A stretch of DNA of 64,000 nucleotides from Azolla caroliniana (Eukaryota; Plantae; Polypodiophyta), in contig JBHGNT010000015.1 of assembly GCA_043228905.1 (NCBI GenBank), positions 13,826,001 to 13,890,000 of the forward strand, in the 5' to 3' direction. The translations under genes and the position numbers were made by a program. The notes beneath the pieces are model-generated. The model had not been told where the DNA came from and made no database searches. It saw only the letters and a list, made by a program, of their open reading frames with translations. Below are positions 60,571 through 64,000 of the stretch, in pieces. Within the stretch, counting starts at the first letter, position 1. Each line of letters opens with the position of its first letter.

Positions 60571-63296
60571 AGATGTTAAGTTATGTGATTTAATCAAATT
60601 TAGTTATAATTAAATCTGAGAGAGAATTTTGGACCTATTTTATGAAGCACCATAAGCCAAATCCCGAGTCTAATAAGCATAAAGATAATGTCAAGAGGAA
60701 TCTTGTATATATAAATAATTCCATAGAGCAGTAAATCGCAATGAAACTAACATCCCATGCACTGAAGTTCTGGCTGCACAATACAATACAAATATAAAGT
60801 AAAGTACTGGGAACAGTGATAAGGGTTCGGCCCAATTTGTGAGAAACCGATTAAATGCAATGGAACTATATGTTATGGTGCACTATACAAATGTAATGCA
60901 GAGGAAACCCGGAAATGATAAGGTTTCAATCCAATTTATTAAAAACGATGTGATAATAAATTCCACCATCAAGAGCATGATTTACTTCTCATACATGTCT
61001 AAAATGATCTTCAACTCATCAGTCAAAGAGAAGACTGCAATTTTTTCATGTTAACTAAAAGGAAAAACTTAGCCTGTGTTATGGATCATACCTGTGTTAT
61101 GGAGAGTCTGGAGTCTGAAGAGCAATGAAGTGGTGATTGGAAGTGGTGATTGGTGGTTGCCGCCAAAGCCTGCACAATGCCGCATGTGTAGTGCGCCTCC
61201 TGAATCCTTTCTGTTCGATAGTTGTGTCTGTCTGTCTGTAGATACACTGTAGTTTGTAGTATGTACTTACTACTACTAACTAGTATTAGGTCCATAGTAA
61301 AAATAAGAAGGGTATAATTTATAAAATAGAAAATTTAGGAAGGGTATAATTTATAAAATTGAAAATTTAGGGCTAGGGTAAGAACCTATAAACCTATAAA
61401 CTGAACCAAATTAATAGAAACCGTTAAACCGATAAACCGATAAACCGATAAATGTTAAACCGAACCGAACCGAAACCAAACCGAACTTTCATTCTTTAAA
61501 CCAAACCAAACTCATTATTTAATTTTGAACCGATAAACCGTTAAGTCACGGTTTAACGGTTCGGTTCGGTTTGAGCCGAAACCGTGCCCATTGCTACGTA
61601 CCAATACGACCTTTTTTACACACCGGTTTGTGTACCGGTTTTGTGCACCCAGTCTACGCACTGGTTATGCATCGTATTACACACAAATGTTGAGCTTGTC
61701 TCTCAACACTACCCGATGAAGAAGAAAAATGAAGTGCTCTCCCACTTCCAAAAGCTCAAGCGCCAAGTCGAAAAAGAAACCAGTCGGCACATTCGATGCC
61801 CACAATCGGATGGAGGCAAGGAGTACTTCTCCAATGAATTCACCTCCTACCTCTAAAGTGAAGGCATTCAGAGAGAATTCTCGTGCCGACACACACCCCA
61901 ACAAAATGGAGTAGCTAAAAGGAAGAATCGGCAAATACTTGAGGTAGTACGCACCATGATGCATGAGAAGCACATGCCAAATTTCTATTGGGCCGAAGCG
62001 GCATCCACGGTTGTCTATCTCATGAATCGGTGCACCACTAATGGAGTGCATGAGCTAACTCCATACGAGCTCCTTGTCAGAAGGAAGCCGATCTTGTCGC
62101 ACCTCAAGGTGTTCAGAAGCATTGCGAATGTATGCATCCCGAACGAACAACGACAGAAGCCCGACCCGAAGTCGGAGGAATGTATCCTCATAGGATACTC
62201 GTCCGAGAAGAAGGCATACAAGTGCTACAACCCTTCTACCCGAGCGGTTCGGGTAAGTCGAGACGTAGTCTTCGACGAGTCTGCATCCTAGTACGCACTA
62301 ACGACAACTTTGACTCCAACTCCGCTCATCCCGGAATCCACCAAACAAGAGGTAGAAGATGGAGATCACTTCGAACACATGTTCGAAGAAAGTCCGATTA
62401 CAGCAAGGCCTAGTGGGCCACAAGAGCCCCCACACGACCCAAGCACGTCGCGTCCAAGTACGAACTTGGACAAAGGCAAAGGTAAGATGCCTGAATACGA
62501 AGTCGATCACCCCGACGACAGTGATTCGGATGTGTCGGCTCCCTCACTAAACAGTGAATTTGGTGTACCCATCGTGCGTACACCCGAAGTAAAAAAGGCG
62601 CTCACATCAGCGAGCGAAAAACTCTGACGCTCTTCTAGAGAGAAGAATCCCATCACTCGGCTCAGCTACAATGAGTATATGGCCCATCATTACACCTTCG
62701 TGATGAAGGTAGTGGCTGAACAAGAACTCGAGAGCCCTACGGAAGCGGCTCGTGACTCACAATGGGTGGAAGCAGTCGGCCTTCGACAATTTCAAATGGC
62801 AAGCCTTCATCACAGGCTTGAGGGGAAGGAAACGAAACCAAAACTACCACGAAAATGTCGACGTCGAAAGAAACAGTACCGACCATCCAAAGCCAAAGCC
62901 AATTCAATCCGAATCGAAGATCCAAACGTCGAAAGCCAAAGCGTACGTCGGATGCCCCGTTGTACTTGAGCTTGAGGGGGCATGTTGAGAGATCAAGCTC
63001 AACTTACTTTAGTAAGTTAGGCAACCATGTAACTTCATAGTTACCTAGATAGAATCTAGTTAGAAGTGTTGACTATAACACCTTAAATATGACCTTGTAC
63101 TTAAGTGCGATATTCTAGATCCTCCACTCCCAAGTACATTTAATATAGGACTTACACTTTTGTACCTATATTATCCTCACACATGTGCACCCTTGCACAT
63201 GAAATCTATATATACCTCATTCTAGGTATTTTTGTATGATGATGTTTTCTAATATAGTTACTCATCCCCCATCTTGTGTTGGTCATAAGTGTTAAC

Positions 63297-63358
<62 letters not shown>

Positions 63359-64000
63359 CACACACATATCACTTAATCTTCCGCTTATAAACTAATCACA
63401 TAATTAGGTACTAAATAATCCTTACTAATTACTTACCTAATTCTTAACAATTTCATTAGAAATTTCTGATAGTTCTAATAGTACTAATTGCCGAAATCTA
63501 TCGAACAAATTTGAAGTCCTTAGTCAATTAGAAGAAGAGTTAAACGATTAAGTCCAGCCATAATAGGAGTTGTTTGGTTTGACAACCCTAGATCTATGCA
63601 TCCCATTAGTGGTTCCATTCCCTCTAAGCAAGTTAGCAATGTGTTCTTAGCTCAAGGAATGGTTAGTACTAAAAGTACTCCTCCAATACATGTCTTAGCA
63701 CTCTTAGATTCAGGAGCCAACTCTTGCTTCATGGATAGGAATTTTGCCCAAGCTCATCAGATATCCCTAAGAAAACTTTCTTGCCCAGCATCTGTAGTAG
63801 TTATTGATGGTCGTCCCATTGCGTCCGGAAATATCATAAAAGAGTAAGAGTCGATTCAAGTTGTCCTATATAATTTGGTGTGTAGTATCATTTAATATAA
63901 TTAGTAGTCCAAATCATCCAATTGTCTTGGGGTTACCATGGTTCGAATTACATAACCAAGACATAGATTGGAGAACAAGAGAAAACCAGTATCAACAAAC

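Larger units (their letters stand above)
56918..61596 (-). mobile_element. hAT DNA transposon (4,679 bp), apparently autonomous
   Basis: 8-bp TSD CGTACCAA (56910-17 and 61597-604); 17-bp TIR TAGCAATGGGC(G/A)CGGTT; dense subterminal AAACC/AACCG repeats; internal transposase gene. Confidence 0.97.
51217..61708 (-). mobile_element. Ty1/Copia H, degenerate, inserted in Copia G integrase
   Basis: TSD CTACC (51212-16 and 61709-13; removal restores WIY-PMKKK); 3' LTR 51217-51627; 5' LTR 56610-61708 split by the hAT; PBS TGGTATCATAGCG; gag-PR-IN-RT-RH with several stops. Confidence 0.95.
48830..63449 (+). mobile_element. Ty1/Copia G, degenerate, RT-RNase H deleted
   Basis: TSD ATTTC (48825-29 and 63450-54); LTRs 48830-49414 (TG mutated to AA) and 62983-63449; PBS TGGTATCAGAGC at 49415; gag from 49582; IN split at 51216/61714; PPT GAGGGGG. 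Confidence 0.92.
47268..64000 (+). mobile_element. Ty3/Gypsy chromovirus F (same family group as A), continues beyond the window
   Basis: 5' LTR ~47268-47723 is homologous to A's LTR; gag 47784-48829 resumes at 63455; protease LLDSGANSCF at ~63700. Confidence 0.9.

Overview
Land-plant nuclear DNA (GT-AG introns, plant-type TE families; a seed-free plant such as a fern is plausible, by inference only). One intact host gene is present: a 7-exon plastid-targeted DUF1338 enzyme (HGLS/FLO7-type 2-oxoadipate dioxygenase/decarboxylase), minus strand 5313-7946. Almost everything from 8.8 kb onward is nested transposons, and most junctions can be resolved by target-site duplications (TSDs). Nest 1: chromoviral Gypsy A (8823-27178) contains a solo-LTR-like insert and Copia B, which contains intact Copia C. 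Next, intact Copia D (27728-33137) is partly included in a recent 6,897-bp tandem duplication with LINE pieces. Nest 2: Gypsy F > Copia G > Copia H > an apparently intact hAT transposon > a captured PPR fragment. Most notable observations: (1) Copia C is flanked by a ~687-bp target duplication instead of a 5-bp TSD; (2) the two chromoviruses have a self-complementary, tRNA-independent PBS and a GTTAAAC-plus-hairpin -1 frameshift signal; (3) a 129-bp fold-back element has LTR-like ends and a 5-bp TSD; (4) the hAT carries a PPR fragment; (5) a conserved hairpin encloses the PPT in two Copia families. All coordinates were read by eye and no database searches were run.
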